NCBI GenBank assembly: GCA_031835245.2
Contig: JAVKOQ020000086.1
Span: forward strand, 124,001-186,804
Length of the DNA: 62,804 bases
Direction of reading: 5' to 3'
DNA from: Balamuthia mandrillaris
Taxonomy: Eukaryota
Shown here: positions 12,235 to 26,100 of the stretch, one piece after another
Layout: each line of letters starts with the position of its first letter
Position numbering within the stretch: position 1 is the stretch's first letter
Notes under the pieces: generated by a model
Database searches by the model: none
Seen by the model: only the letters and a program-made list of their open reading frames with translations
What the model was told of the DNA's origin: nothing
Translations under genes and position numbers: made by a program

Positions 12235-13246
12235 TTACTCATCAACAGGCCAACCCCCGTTATTCCACGGATTCCTCTTCTGTCCTCGATTCTCTCTTCC
12301 TTGCCTCCACCTCCTACTCCTCGCTCCCGCCGATGCTTCCTCCTTCTTTCTCCTTCCTCCTTTGTTTCTTCCTTGTTCATCCCCCTCTTCTTCTTCTTTC
12401 ACATCCTGTAACACAAGATCGCCAGCCAATTCAAAGGCTGCTCGGAATGGCAACAGCTTCTTCTCCCTCTTATCATCCAATACCGCGAACACAACCCTCT
12501 CAAAGCCATATCCGTTCTCCTCTTCTTTTCTCAAGCAGTCTCGAAAGTATCTCGCCACATCGACGGCTCTGTTTCGAAAGACGCCACACCCAAAGGCGCC
12601 CAACACCAACACTCGGTGCTCGTGGTGCCGCGCCACGCAGAGGATGCGGCGTATGCGCTCCTTCATCACGACCGCTATGGCTCTCTCCACGTCCTCCTGC
12701 CTGCAACGAGGGAGCAGCTGCGAGCGAACGGCGCCGGCGTTGACGGCGGGGCTGCTGATGAAGGAGACCAAGTAAGGCTCATCCAGGAGGAGGCCCTCGT
12801 CGTCCCTAAAGACCGGCACTTGCGGCGAATAGATCATATGATGCGTGTAGAGGCAGTGATGGGAGAACGCCTCCGAAGAAGACGAGGCAGAGGAAGAAGC
12901 ACCACTTGAAGAAGAACGTGAACGACGAGGGCGGGAGGCTCGAAGAGAGGCATGAGCAGAGTACATGGCGCTGGCGATGGGAGAGGTGAGCGTGGCGTAG
13001 AGGCCGCTGCTTCGCGCCAGGGACTCCTCCTGCGCGGAGGAGCCTTTGAGGAAGCCCCCGCCGGGGTTGTGCGCCGAGGCAAAGTTGAGCACGCATACGT
13101 CGCGCTCGCCCTCCTCCACCAGCCGTCTGGCCGCCTCCAGGGTGGTGCAGTTCTCCACCTCTATGATGGGAAGCTTTGGCTTGTTATCCTTCTGCTCCGC
13201 TTCTTTTTGTTCTCCTTCTACTTCTTTTTCTTTTTCGACTTCTTCT

Positions 13247-13278
<32 letters not shown>

Positions 13279-13602
13279 ACTTTCTTCTTCTTTTGCTCTT
13301 TCCTCGTCGATGGTGTTCTTCTCCGCTTCGCCTTCTTCTCTTTCTTCTTCTTCTTCTTCCTTTAGCGTGGTCTCCGCTTCGTCCGTTGTTGGCGCCGAGT
13401 CGTTGGCTCTCTTCCGTCGCTTGGGCTTTTTGGGCTTCCATCGAACGTCAGGCACGTAGAGAATGGTCCCTTCGACGGCCGTCTGCAGGTCCTCCTTGAC
13501 GCTGACCCTCTTTCCGTTCTGGCTGAGGTACTTCCCTTCCTCCAAGATCTGCAGGGTGTGAACAGCGAGTGAGGCGCGATGCGACTTGCCAGCCGAACTC
13601 AT
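12235..13602 (-). CDS. TIGR02452/DUF2263 macrodomain protein (bacterial-type poly(ADP-ribose) glycohydrolase)
   Basis: Intronless ORF with VLNFASAHNPGGGFLKGSSAQEESLARSS (GGG-x6-QEE catalytic loop), IYSPQVPVFR, SPAVNAG and LVLGAFGCGVFRN. Confidence 0.93.
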
Positions 13603-13948
13603 GTTTTATTTTTGTGTGGGGGTTTTGCACAAAAAGTCCAAAAAAAAAAAAGAAGACTTTGGGGTCTTTCTTTCTTTCTAAATTTATTTATAGGATGAAG
13701 GGATGGTAAAAACAACAAGAAAAAAAAAACAACAAGTTGAGAAGAAAGCGGGAAGGCAGCAGAAATGAAGTGGACACCACCACCACCAGTCGTAGTTGCT
13801 CTTTGTTTTTTTTCACTTCCCTTTTGTTTTTGTTTTTGATGAATATTTTCTGTCAGGTCGTCATGGAAGAACATATTTTTGTCGAATTATTCAATTTTTT
13901 GTGGAAAAATTTATGAAATAAATATTTCACTTAATTTTGAAAGATAAG

Positions 13949-14015
13949 TTCATGACGACATTAAAATAAACTTTATATAAAGTATATTTTAAGTTTATTT
14001 TAATGTCGTCATGAA
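13949..14015. repeat. Perfect 25-bp inverted repeat with 17-nt spacer
   Basis: TTCATGACGACATTAAAATAAACTT (13949-13973) and AAGTTTATTTTAATGTCGTCATGAA (13991-14015). Confidence 0.92.
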
Positions 14016-14382
14016 TCTATCGAGCGGAGAGAGCGTGAAATGGCCGAAAAAAGACACAACAGGGAAGAAAGAAGCAAGCCTTTTCGGTCGCGACCGAACA
14101 GGGGCAAGATTGATTTGACACGGTATGGGTGAGAGAGAATTGAAAAGGATGGCTGTCGGCACGCATTCGCTAGGTAACGGAACAGAAGCAGAAGAAGAAC
14201 GGTCATTCGTATGATTATGTGGATTCATTATTACGAAAACATAATAACGGGACGTTGACCAAAGCAGAATGAAGAGGAACACCTGAGAATAACGAAAAAC
14301 AAGAAGAGTCACACCCATTCCATAGAGTACCCCTGTGCGGCTCAACGGCCGATAGGAAACTTTGAAAAAAGGTTCTCCTCCC

Positions 14383-14946
14383 ATGACCAGCCCATCAACG
14401 AGGCTCTCCAACCAACGAGGCTTTCGGTCTCCGCTTTGGTTATTACCGTTGTGGTTGCTGTGTTTGCGGTGGAGCGATGCAACAACACTTTCTACTTTGG
14501 CTTCGTCTGCGACCACCTTAGACGCTTCTTCTTCTTCTTTTTTGAGGGTGGCAGAGATAACATGGGTCGTGGTGGAGGAGGAAGAGGAGAAGGCCTCCAC
14601 CGTAACGGCAGGGATGGCGGTGGGGGTGGGGGTGTACATGGCCGCAAGGGATGAGGCTTGGTTCTTTGCTTCCGCGGATGCCGCTTTCGTTTATCACTTT
14701 GGTTCGTTCTTGTTTTCAAGTTCACAAAGCAAGAAAGAAAGAAAGATTAACACCGGTGTGCTGAACACAGCGACAAAGGAAAGATCCAAAGTGGAGATAT
14801 TCTCTCGTACGGCGGCAGGGTGGATCGCCTCGCCTGGCGGCGTGGTTGCCATCAAGGACAGGTTTTATGCGGTAGGGGGACAGTACTCTGAAGTTGAGAA
14901 CTTGAGCAGCGATGTTCTTTCTCTTGGTAAAGAACTGTTATTCTGG

Positions 14947-14998
<52 letters not shown>

Positions 14999-15224
14999 CG
15001 TCGCCCTCTTCATGTCTCATCGTTACTTTGGATTGCTTAGACCCTTCGGAGGCATCGACGACGGGATGGACGTTTGTGGAGCCACGGGGAGGAGGAGGCC
15101 CAAGGCCTCAAGGACGCTCTTTCATTGGAGCGGTTGTCGCTCACGGCGCCAACATGTACATATACAGCAGCTTCCCTGGCGCACCCGCTGCCCTTTGGGT
15201 CTTTGACACAGGTTAGCTTTTGTT

Positions 15225-15263
<39 letters not shown>

Positions 15264-15269
15264 CTCTCT

Positions 15270-15300
<31 letters not shown>

Positions 15301-15995
15301 TCTAGCCTGTTTTTCTCTTTTGTTATACAAAAACAATAACAAGCTATTATGGCTATATAGTAACGAGTCAATGGACCCAAAAGACATCCCCGCCAGCAGC
15401 AGCCAGTTCCATGGTTATAGTGACCAAAGGAACGGCGGCCAGCAACTTTCTGCTCTTCTACGGTTACCTTGAGAATACCGTTGGCTCTCCGCAGCTGTCG
15501 CGCTACGACCCAGCAAAGGACGAATGGCTTGTGCTGCAGCCGCCAGCGGACGGACGGACGACAAGGACTACGTTGGAGGGTCAGTCTGCTGCCGCTTCCT
15601 CTCTGGCGCTGAGGGGACGCGACGACGTTCTTCTCTTCGATGAGCCCGGTCTCGCACTTTTCATCGTGGATGACGCGGGCTATGCCAGAGTGAACTTTGA
15701 GGATAACACTTTGAGCAACTATCATATCCAGTACTTGTCCAGTAGGGAGCGTTGCAACTCCAGCATTATACTGCATTCTCCCACTAACGCACCTTATTGT
15801 GGTATGTGCCATTTTTTCTTTTCGGATGTTGTTCAAACCGTTTCAAGTTTACTCATCAGCTCTGTTTTTGTATTTGTGCATGGGCAAGTAGTCATGGATG
15901 GAGATATGGTGGAGATGAGGTTGAAATGCCACTATGAAGGAGGCTGTCCTCCCTTTGTACCATCTTCCACATGTCCTGCCTACAAGCCCTATCGG

Positions 15996-16027
<32 letters not shown>

Positions 16028-16365
16028 TTTGCTCTTGCTCCCTCTTGCTCCATTACATTCGCCTCTTTTTTTTGTCAAAACCCACTGAACTCTATAACGA
16101 ACAGATGTCCATCGATGCTATGTGTGGCTGATTTAAGCGAATGTCAAGGCCTCATAAAGAGTTGTGGCGGAACTCATTTGTGCTCAAACGGTGACTGTGT
16201 GACGAGCTGCTATTCCTGTAACGTTCCAGAGAGGAGAGTGTTGCCATGCGCAGCAGGAATGATTCGATGTTGTGACGGCTCGTGTCGGCATGGATTGGAG
16301 CAATGCCTATCTCACCATTGTTCATGGCCTGCTCCCTTTAGGTGCCTCTTCCTCCCTCCCTCCCT

Positions 16366-16412
<47 letters not shown>

Positions 16413-19400
16413 CTATCTGGTTTGTTTTTTCTCTGCTAATCGAGTTCTGATGTTAGGTGCTTGAGTGATCAATGTGCAGCATCAAGCGAAGACTGCGCGG
16501 TTTCTGCAAGTTGTGGACTAGGAATGGAGTTGTGTGAAGATGGCGTTTGCAGAGAGCTTTCGCAATGTCCTGCTGTTTCCACCGAGATGTGTCCGTTATC
16601 TAGCACCCTTTGCCCCGACCTTAGTTGTGCCCCACAGGTAAGTTTTTCCTCTACTTCCGCCTATTTCTTATGTTTCTTGTACTGCTTCTTCTCCTCTATA
16701 GTTTTTTTCTAGTCTCTCACCTTTTGTCAAACAGGGGACGGAATGTAACGCGTTCCAATCTTATTGTGGAAAGAACAAGATCAAGTGTTGGGATGGGTCC
16801 TGCATTCCAAACGACAGACTGTGCCCTCACCCCTCGCTTGCTATCCAAACTACTCCGTACTCTGTCACTGCTTATGATTTCTCCACTGTATGTCTTCTTT
16901 CGCTTTTCTTTTCATGTTGTTTGCTTTTGTGCTTATGAATGTTCTGTCAATTTTGGTATTTCAGAAGTCATTACCATTGGTAGATTGGGAGACGGGCGAA
17001 GTAATGGGTGGTGTAAGGCTGAACACCTCCAACCTTACTTCTGGTGTGGAGGTATCCGTGAGCAAAGCGGACTTGTCTGTGGTAAGACAGGCCAGCTTTG
17101 CAGGTAGCAAAGAAAACATGCATCATATTCTGGGTCCGTGTTTCCAAGTGTTATCCTCACCAGATAACGAAGTCGGCGCATTAGTGGAGATGGAGTTGAC
17201 GACAAACATTGCCAGGCATCTGGTGCGCATTTTTTTTTCATGTTCTTGCTTCTGCAGTTCTTCTTCTCTTAATACTTTTCTTCTTTTCCTCTGGTTCTCC
17301 TTTTCCATCTTCTTCTTATCGGTTTCTTGAAATAACTCGGTTCCTTTGGAAAAATAACGTTGGCACGATGCATTCTAGCGGGCCAACGAAGTACATATGG
17401 TGCTTATGAACAATAGCCAGCAATGGCAACGGATACCTACTACAACAGATAGAGCGTCCTCACAGACTGATCCCGAAACAACTACCGTCTCCATTTTTGC
17501 GTCTTCACCGGATGCGTTTGGGACTTACTGTGTAGCCTACTTTGGAGACACAAGGATCGCCGTTTCTGTGACGGTTTCTGGTCCCTCCGTCATAGTTCTC
17601 TCCAAACCGACAACCGTAACGGTATGCATATCTTCTTTTTATCTTTCTTTCCTCCTTGCTTTTCTTGAAAATGTCTTCATTTTTATCTCATCGCTGATGT
17701 CTCCACCAATAGATATCGTTGCACCTGTCGGCTGCAGTTTGGGACGATGTTGTATTGCCTTTCTCCATTGGTGGTACCGCAGTGAACCAGCAAGATTATT
17801 TTCTCATTTCTTCTCCTCACTTTCTCCAAATGATGGTACTCCCACATCAGACACCTCCTCTTCCTTCTTCTTCAAGGCCGGAACGTCTTCTTCATCGCCT
17901 CACACAATATTATTTCCAGCCTTGAAGGAGTTTAAGGGTTATCGTACCTTAGAACTGCTTCTCACGGAGGAGGCCGTGCCTTCCCAGCTCTTTATCTCTC
18001 CTAAAGCAAGGAACACGACCATTCTCTTGACCAAGGAATTGCAGAGCATCGTCACTCCACGAATGAAGGTCATCTTCTCTAGAGACAGTCTTCTTCATCG
18101 CCTGGTTCCTTTGCATGGAACGGGGAGAGAGGAACAACCTCAACTCGAATTAGCGGTCAAGATCGTTGGAGTGGCAGAAGTGAACAGAGACGGGAAAGCG
18201 GTGGTCTATCATACCTTTACGCACGGACATTCCTTCAACACAGAGTCAATACAACCACGAAGCTTAGTGTTGTCAACGGCTCACTTCTCGTTGGGAGAGA
18301 GCGGAAAGAACACATCCTTGAGGGCTGCGTTCAAAGTGTCTTCTACTGTTTCCTCCTACTCCTATCTCTTCTTGTTGACTCCTTCCTCATCAGTTCCTCA
18401 AACGCTCGCTCTGGACACGTTGAGCATGGACGTAGAGATGAAAAGATGGAAGCTTCACGCGTCAACAGCGTGGTTGGAGGTCATCACCCATTTGACTAGC
18501 AACGATGGTCCCCTGAACGTAATACTGCAAGACGAGGAAGAAGGAGAACAAGAAGGCAATGAGCGAGTACCACATGGATCAACGAAATCTTTTGCTTCTC
18601 CTGTGTTTCGGTTGAGCACCACCAACACAACTTTCACGTTTCAAACAAGGAGTGATGATGGCATTCAAGAAGAACAGGTGCCTCGCTTTTCTGAACTGAA
18701 TGACGAAGGCAACGAGAATGGATTGGAAGTGGTAGTAAGGATTCCTTTGTTCAAATCTACAGCAACGACCAACAAAAGGATTCGCTATAGCACCGACATT
18801 TCCTTGCAAACACTGCTTGCTTTGTCCAAGGATGATAGTGATTTTCTTGACGGAGGAGGAAGAGACACAGAGGACGAGGAGTACCAAAAGAACAAGACGA
18901 TCATTATGTCAGTCAGTCTTTCAGTGGTTGGAATGGTGTTGCTGCTCACTGGAGCGGGAGCTTTGCTGCTGTTTGCGTGGCGCCGAGTGAAGCGAAAGTT
19001 CTCCATAATGATCATCGACAGGGAGACCGCTTCGTCAGATATGGAGCTTGGCCCACTCCTGGCTGAAGGGACTTCACCCACCGAGGAGGAGGAGGAGGAG
19101 GGAGAGATGCAAATAGAGTGCAAGCTGTTTCTCCACAGCGACGGACAGAAGGAAAAAGCAGAACATAGAGACAAGACCGCAGCAAGTTGCGCTCAATCCG
19201 CGATATGTTTGGAGTTTGATGAAATAGAGATCGGTGCATGCATCGGACAAGGCTCCTTCGGAGTGGTCCATGTAGGAACTTGGCAATGGACCGACGTGGC
19301 TATCAAACTCATCGACACCATCCGACCGGAACTACTGGAAGACTTTGCCAGAGAGGCAGAAGTCATGCAACGGCTGCCGCCACATCCCAACGTGGTGCTA

Positions 19401-20120
19401 CTGTTTGGGGTGTGCATGGATGCGGAGAATCCCTTGTGCATTGTCACGGAGTTCCTCCCCAACGGCAGCTTGTTGGATCATCTCCACGACATCAAGAAAA
19501 AGGGAGCACGAATGGAGCACGGAGACATGATGAGGATAGCAAAAGGGATAGCAGCCGGAATGATGCATTTGCATGCGGAGAGGATCTTGCATTGTGACTT
19601 GGCTGCTCGCAACGTGCTGTTGACGGGAAACTTGGAGGCCAAAGTTAGCGACTTTGGCATGGCCCGGGTGCTCCGCGAAGGTCAGGCCCAGCACCAAACT
19701 AATTCTAATGAAGGACCAGTTCGTTGGATGGTACTGTTTCTTTCTATTCTCGCCTTACTTTATTCAAGTCTTACTTCTCTTCCTCCTTCTTCCATGCGCT
19801 GCGAACAGGCGCCAGAGAGTCTGAGAGAAAGAGTCTATTCCGAGAAGACCGACGCTTGGAGCTTCGGGGTAGTCTTGTGGGAGATTGCCACCGCTGGTAA
19901 AGTGCCCTTTGCGGACAAGTCCAACGCGCAGGTATGCGTGGAGGTCTTGTCCCAGGGGCTGCGGTTGGCGGCCCCAGAGGACGCTCCTCTTGTGTTTAGG
20001 CATCTGATGGAGGCGTGCTTTCGGGAGAATGCAGAAGAGCGGCCCAGTTTTGCCATGATGTTTGAAATGTTGAAACAAGCCAGAAAGGAAGTGAAGCGGA
20101 AGTTTACTTCGTCGTTCTAA
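14383..20120 (+). CDS. Single-pass receptor kinase: signal peptide, kelch-like and Cys-rich ectodomain, TM helix, tyrosine-kinase-like catalytic domain
   Basis: Hydrophobic leader PLWLLPLWLLCL, kelch-like FYAVGG segments, CxDGxC repeats, TM IIMSVSLSVVGMVLLLTGAGALLLFAW, and kinase motifs GQGSFG, VAIK, HCDLAARN, DFG, GPVRWM|APE, DAWSFGV. Exon joins in the ectodomain are approximate. Confidence 0.85.
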
Positions 20121-20227
20121 CCCAGAAGTTTTATTATACACTCTCTTTCGTGGAATCATCATCAAATCAGTTTCCTAGCTCCTCTAGATGCTGCTTTGCT
20201 TCTCTCCAACCAAGGCAAGGAAGCGGC

Positions 20228-20274
<47 letters not shown>

Positions 20275-20465
20275 CAAGGGGCAGCCAGGGGGATGAGGAC
20301 AAGGAGGACAAGGGAGACGATAGGAGCGAGGACGAGATCCAGTTATCTCGGAGAGGAGCGAGGACAGGAGAGCACAAAACCGTTGACCCCTCAGCAAATA
20401 TCTTTTTTTTGGTTTAACGGACAAAAAGCGTAGCGAAAGAGTAGCAGCAGTGGCGCGAAGAAGAC

Positions 20466-20514
<49 letters not shown>

Positions 20515-21055
20515 TTTTCTTCTAGTTTGTTTTTCCCTCCCTTTGCATCACGTTGCGTAGAAAGAAGGGGTTGCTTTTTTTTTTGGGGTGTGGTTGAACG
20601 TGTGAGGTTAACCGTTTTTTTTTTCATTGCTGTCGGTGAGAATGAAAAGCACGGCATTAGCGAAGAAGAAGAAGAAAGCAGAGGTAATGAGACACTCTCG
20701 TTGCGTTTCATTCTCATGTTTCACAACTAACACGTCCTTCGTTGTCAGCCCGCAAGGAAGCCTCCTCCTGAGGGCGCTTGGTACACCTGCCCGCAGGGCA
20801 TACGTCTCTCTTGGTGTGACCAGAACGATCCATGCCTTTTCTGTGCAGACTACATCGACTGCCAGAAGAAGAGGATGGGTAACGATTTCGTTTTTGCTTC
20901 ATTAAAAGCTGCTCTCTTTCTCACAGTCTCTGTCTTTTCTCTTCTTCGTCTTTTGTTTAAATATTCACTCTCGCTCGCTTCCTCACTTTCTCCTTTCTCT
21001 TTTCCTTCTTCACTTTCGCCTTATCTCGCTTCTCTTGTCCTCTTTCCTCTTACTT

Positions 21056-21091
<36 letters not shown>

Positions 21092-21250
21092 CTCGCTCTC
21101 GCTCTCGCTCTCGCTCTCTCTCGCTCTCTCTATTCATAGCGTCTATTAAGAAACAGGCATGTAAAGAACGACCATCCGGTTTGCGGTACATAATTTTTCA
21201 GCTGTTATGCAGCACCTCGCAAAGAGCTTACTTCCCTCCTACTCTTTAGC

Positions 21251-23073
21251 ATGCCAAGAAACGCAAATAGCAAAAAACGAGCGTTGGAACAAAATGGAAA
21301 GAAACCTAAGAAGAAGGCTAAAAAGAAACCAAAATATAACTATTCTAGTGAAGATGAAGAAGAACCAGTCGAAGAGGAGGAAGAGGAGGAAGACGAGTAC
21401 TACAAACCAAAAGCGAAAAAGCCACCATCAAAGCAGGCAAAAGCTAAGAACGGAGATACAGGTTCGTTACGTAGAGATAAAAAACGAGCGATAAAGCAAG
21501 GTATAGAAGAGTGTGAGATAAGTTTCTTACTGATGTACCTCAACAGTGCAGTGGGTGGGACGAGCGACTAAAGACGACGCCTCTCGCAGAAAACTATATA
21601 AACGGTTTGAGATGAATGGAGAGAAATACATACGAGGCGATTTTGTCTATCTTGCTGCGCCACAAGAAGGTTTCCCTTCGTTCTCCTTCTTTTGCCTTCA
21701 TGTTGCTGTTTTTCTTTACTTTGCCCTCCACTTTTGTTCGTGAGGCTTATTCCTTGATGATCTATCACAGCTTGTGATCGAGGTGTAGCGTCTTACGTTG
21801 CTCAAATCTTGGAAATGTGGGAAACTTACGACAAACAAATGGTAGTCTCAACAAGATGGTTTTATAGACCTGCAGAGATTCCTTCTGAAGCCGTATGTGT
21901 AAACTCATTCTCTCACTCTCTCTCTCTCTCTCTCCTTCTCCTCTAAATGTCCCTCATTCTTTTGGCTTAAAATCAACTTCAGTTACAAGCGCTCGTCTCA
22001 GAGGATAGCGGCTCGGAAGGTAGCTTGCTTGGGTTAGGATCCTCCGAGCAAGAGGTGTTTGTGTCAGATGACACGGACGAAAATCCTGTATCCTCTGTGG
22101 AAGGCAAGTGCTTCATCAAACATGTTAAAGAAATAAGTACGTATAAGTTCCTCGTATGTACGTGTTGCTGCTTTAAAAAATAGTATCTCTTAGTTTATAT
22201 TTTCCTGCTTTGCTGAATAGGCAATGTCAAAGAATGGGCGAAGCAGAAGGACCATTATTACTATCAGCGGTGGTACTCTGAAGGTCGCTTTGGGATAGTT
22301 CACGAACCATTGAAAGGTGCCTGAAAGCCTTCACTGTTATCTCTCGTTTCGTCTCATCCTCTCTATCTCTCTATCTCTATCTCTCCATCTCTTTTTAGCT
22401 TCATTTTCTTTAAAATCACGTTTCACTTGTTTTCTTATTTTTTTCCGTTGTTGCAAAAGGAAACTTTGACGAACCGCTGGCAAAATCCAATCCGTACTTG
22501 GATAACTCCTACAATAATCATGTCTACATTACAGAGGAAGAATTTCAACGGCAAAGACTTGCCATTCATGCTCAAAACGGCCATATCGAGGCGATCAAAG
22601 GAGATGAAGGTAAAAGCGCAAGTGAAACGAAAGAAGGAAGTCTTGGCGATGAGTCAAGTCAAAATTCGAATGATGGAGAAGAACAAGACGAAGAAGAGGA
22701 GGATTCCACTAAAAAGCGAAGAAAACGAAACAAAGGCAAAGAAGTGATGGATGCGAAGCATAGTAATAATGATAATGGATGGGATAGAGGAGAGCTTATC
22801 TACGAGAGCAACGTAACCGATGATAGGGACCCATTGACGATGATTCCTTGCACTAGGTTCTCTCGTGGCCCCACTTTTGACTACTTTGGCCTTAACTATC
22901 ATGCCTCGAATGGCTTTGGAGCGCAGCCATTCGCCGTGCATGTGCGATCCAACGTGCTTCTTATGATCGACTTTCATGCCCACCTCCTAGACCATGAGGT
23001 TATTGGCTTTCTTGGCGGCTTTTGGGATCCTGTTATTAAAGGTTCTCCAGTGACCTCTTTATTAATTTCGTTG

Positions 23074-23145
<72 letters not shown>

Positions 23146-26100
23146 ACTCGGGTTTATTTGGTCAACAGAATTAGTAGTAGCAGAGGCGTTTCCGTGTGAC
23201 TCATTAGAAGGGACGGAGACAGATGGCATGAACGTGGAAATTGACCCGGTATCCGAACTTAAGATGGCAGAGGAGATTCGTAACAAAAACATGTGCATAG
23301 TCGGGTGGTACCACTCACACCCGCTTTTCCAACCCGACCCTTCCGTTAGGTACAATTTATTTCAGCTCGCTTCTTTCTTTTATGTCGTTTCTTTCTTTTT
23401 TCTCGTCTTTGTTATTCGTTCCGTTGTAAATTTCCTTTTCCAACAACCCCAACACCTCAGGGATATACAAACCCAAAAGAACTATCAAACTCTTTTTAGA
23501 AATGGCAAGTCAGAACCATTTATTGGTGCTATTGCAGGTATCAAACATACGCTCCAATTTGTCTTTTTTTTTTTCATTTAATTGTTGTCTGTTTGTTTGT
23601 TTGTTTTTGTTGACTCAACCATCGCACTAACGAATGGATAGCAACATATGATGCTCGGCTACCTACCGAGCAAACAGTTTATAACTGGTTTTGGGTCAAA
23701 CAGAACTCACAAGAAGAGGATGAACTAACCGGCGATGGTACTTTCCGGAAACGACGGCGCAGAACGAAGAACAACGCTGCCTCCTCCCATCTCCCCATGA
23801 GTATTTCCTATCAGATTATACGAGAAAAAACGGTTCCTGAATCCCTTGAACGTGCTATGGTACTTATTGTCTCTTTTTCTTTCTTTGTTAGTGTTGCTGT
23901 TCTTGTAATGTTTGATAATTACTCTTTTTTATCGTATTGAAACGAGCTAACATCGCCAAAAACACGCAGCGAGTTGTGGTGGACAAATGTAAGTCGAACA
24001 AACATCGAACGGACTTTAATGAGATTTGGCGATTTCAAACGATACGAGAACAAATTAAACAAGGGGCAGTACCTGCCGAGAAGAATGTAAAGAAAGAAAA
24101 AGGAAAACGGTCGTCATTACCTTCTTCGTCGGAGGAAGACAATAAGACAATGAAAGTGGATGTGCAAGCTCGAAACGAAGAAAGCGGGGATGGAGCACAA
24201 AACGAAAATGATGACGCGGGGACTGATTTGTTGAAAAACGAAGAAGATAAAGGGACAGAAGATACCTTCGCCAAAGAAAAAGGAGAACAGGAGAAGGAAG
24301 AAGAAAGAGATGCAAACAAACAAGAACAAGAGGAGGAAGAAGAACAAGAGGAACAAAAAGAAAAACACGAACAAAACGAGGATAAGGCGCAACAATATAG
24401 CGAAGATCCCCAGGAGGCAGCGCAACCAATGCTAGAGGAAGAAAGCAAACCTAACGCAAAAGAACACAAAGCGGAAAACGAAATAAGCGACGAAACAGAG
24501 GGCAAAGAAGAAGAAGAAGCAGAGAAGGAGGACCAGGAAAAAGAAGTTTATAAAGAAGAAAAAGAACAACAAGCGCGAAACAATTGTGAAGAACACAGGC
24601 AAAATGTGGAGCAGAGAGAAGCCAGGGATTCATTAGAGGTGATGGAAGTGGAGGTAACACCATCATCGCCTAAACATGCCCCCATAGCTACTCCCGAGCA
24701 CCCAGCAAAAGTACTAAGCGAAGCATCAAAGCAAGACCTCCTTGGCAGCAGTATCCCTCCTTGCTCGCGACCATTTAACTTGCCAGAACTTCCTTCCTGG
24801 TTACCTTCCTCTTCCCCCAGTGCTTCCACTTTCTCAATTCCCTCTTCCTTTCTGCATCAGCAACAACCATCGCAACGAGTGCAATCACGCCTACAACCTC
24901 TTTCTCTTTCCTCTCCACAACACGAGATGCATTATAGGCCCAGGTTGACTGTTGCTGCTGCCACATCGTCTTCCTTTCATTTACAATCACACTATGAGGG
25001 CAAAAACGACAGCACATACTTTCAACATCAACGAGCTGCTCATCACTCTACTACTGCTTCATCTCTTTGCGCCCACTCACTTAGTACTGCGTTTTCTCCA
25101 CCCCCCAAAACAACTCATACGCATGTCAGCAACTACTGCACATCGACCTCTGGACCCTCTTCCACTGCTGCGTTTGCCTCCTCTTTGGCAGGACTCCCTC
25201 CTTTGCGTCCAAAGTCTACTTCTTCCGTACAGACAGCAACACGGCCTTCGACTTCTGCCCCATTTTCCCCATCTTCTTCATCTCCCTATATGATGACGCC
25301 ACCTTCACCGTCATCGCGTTTGATTGGTCAACAACATATGCAATCTTTCCCTCAAACTTACCACAACTCGGCGATGTATGCTATGTTTGACCTTGCAGCA
25401 GCACCACACCTTGCCAACAATGATCTTAATGATAGCCGTCATCGCCATCGTGTGCATCAAGATTCACGTCCTCATTCTTCTCCTGCCTCTCCTTATCCTC
25501 GTGCTTACCTATCTCAGCGGCAACAACTCCCACAACAAGCTGCTAGTTACTCCAGTTTTTCATATCCATCCTCTCCTGTCACAGTTCCACAGCGTCACTA
25601 CAACTTTACCAATCATCACCACAACTATGAATCAATTCCTCATTCCACTTGTTACAATTCTACTTCTTTCTCTACTCACAACAACCACAACGGTAACAGC
25701 AGCATCAACCACAACAACCATATTTATTCTAGGACGCCTTATTGTCATCAGCATCGAGCATCTGCTCCAGCCTCCATTTCTCCCTGCAAATCTGATTCTC
25801 ACGTTTTAAATCTCAACCATTCCTCCGCTTCTTACCAAGAAGATGACACCGCTTATCTTCACCATTATCTTCAAGACTGCCAACAAACGCAACGACAACA
25901 ACAAGCAAAAGAAGATACTTTGCTGGACCCTACTCTCTTTTACTCAGCTGACAATCCTCCTCTACTCCAACAACAGCAACAAACACCTTCAGAGACGGAG
26001 ATAATAATGCGTTCAGAACGGAACAGCAAGCCCATAAAAGCGGCAAGAGAAGAAGCAGAAGAACAAGAACGGCAACAACAAGAACAAGAACAACAACAAC

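Noticed and set aside
3819..13602. CHFR (PAR-binding PBZ) near PARG as an ADP-ribosylation gene cluster
   Set aside because: Separated by unrelated genes with no shared regulation evident. Proximity is probably coincidental.
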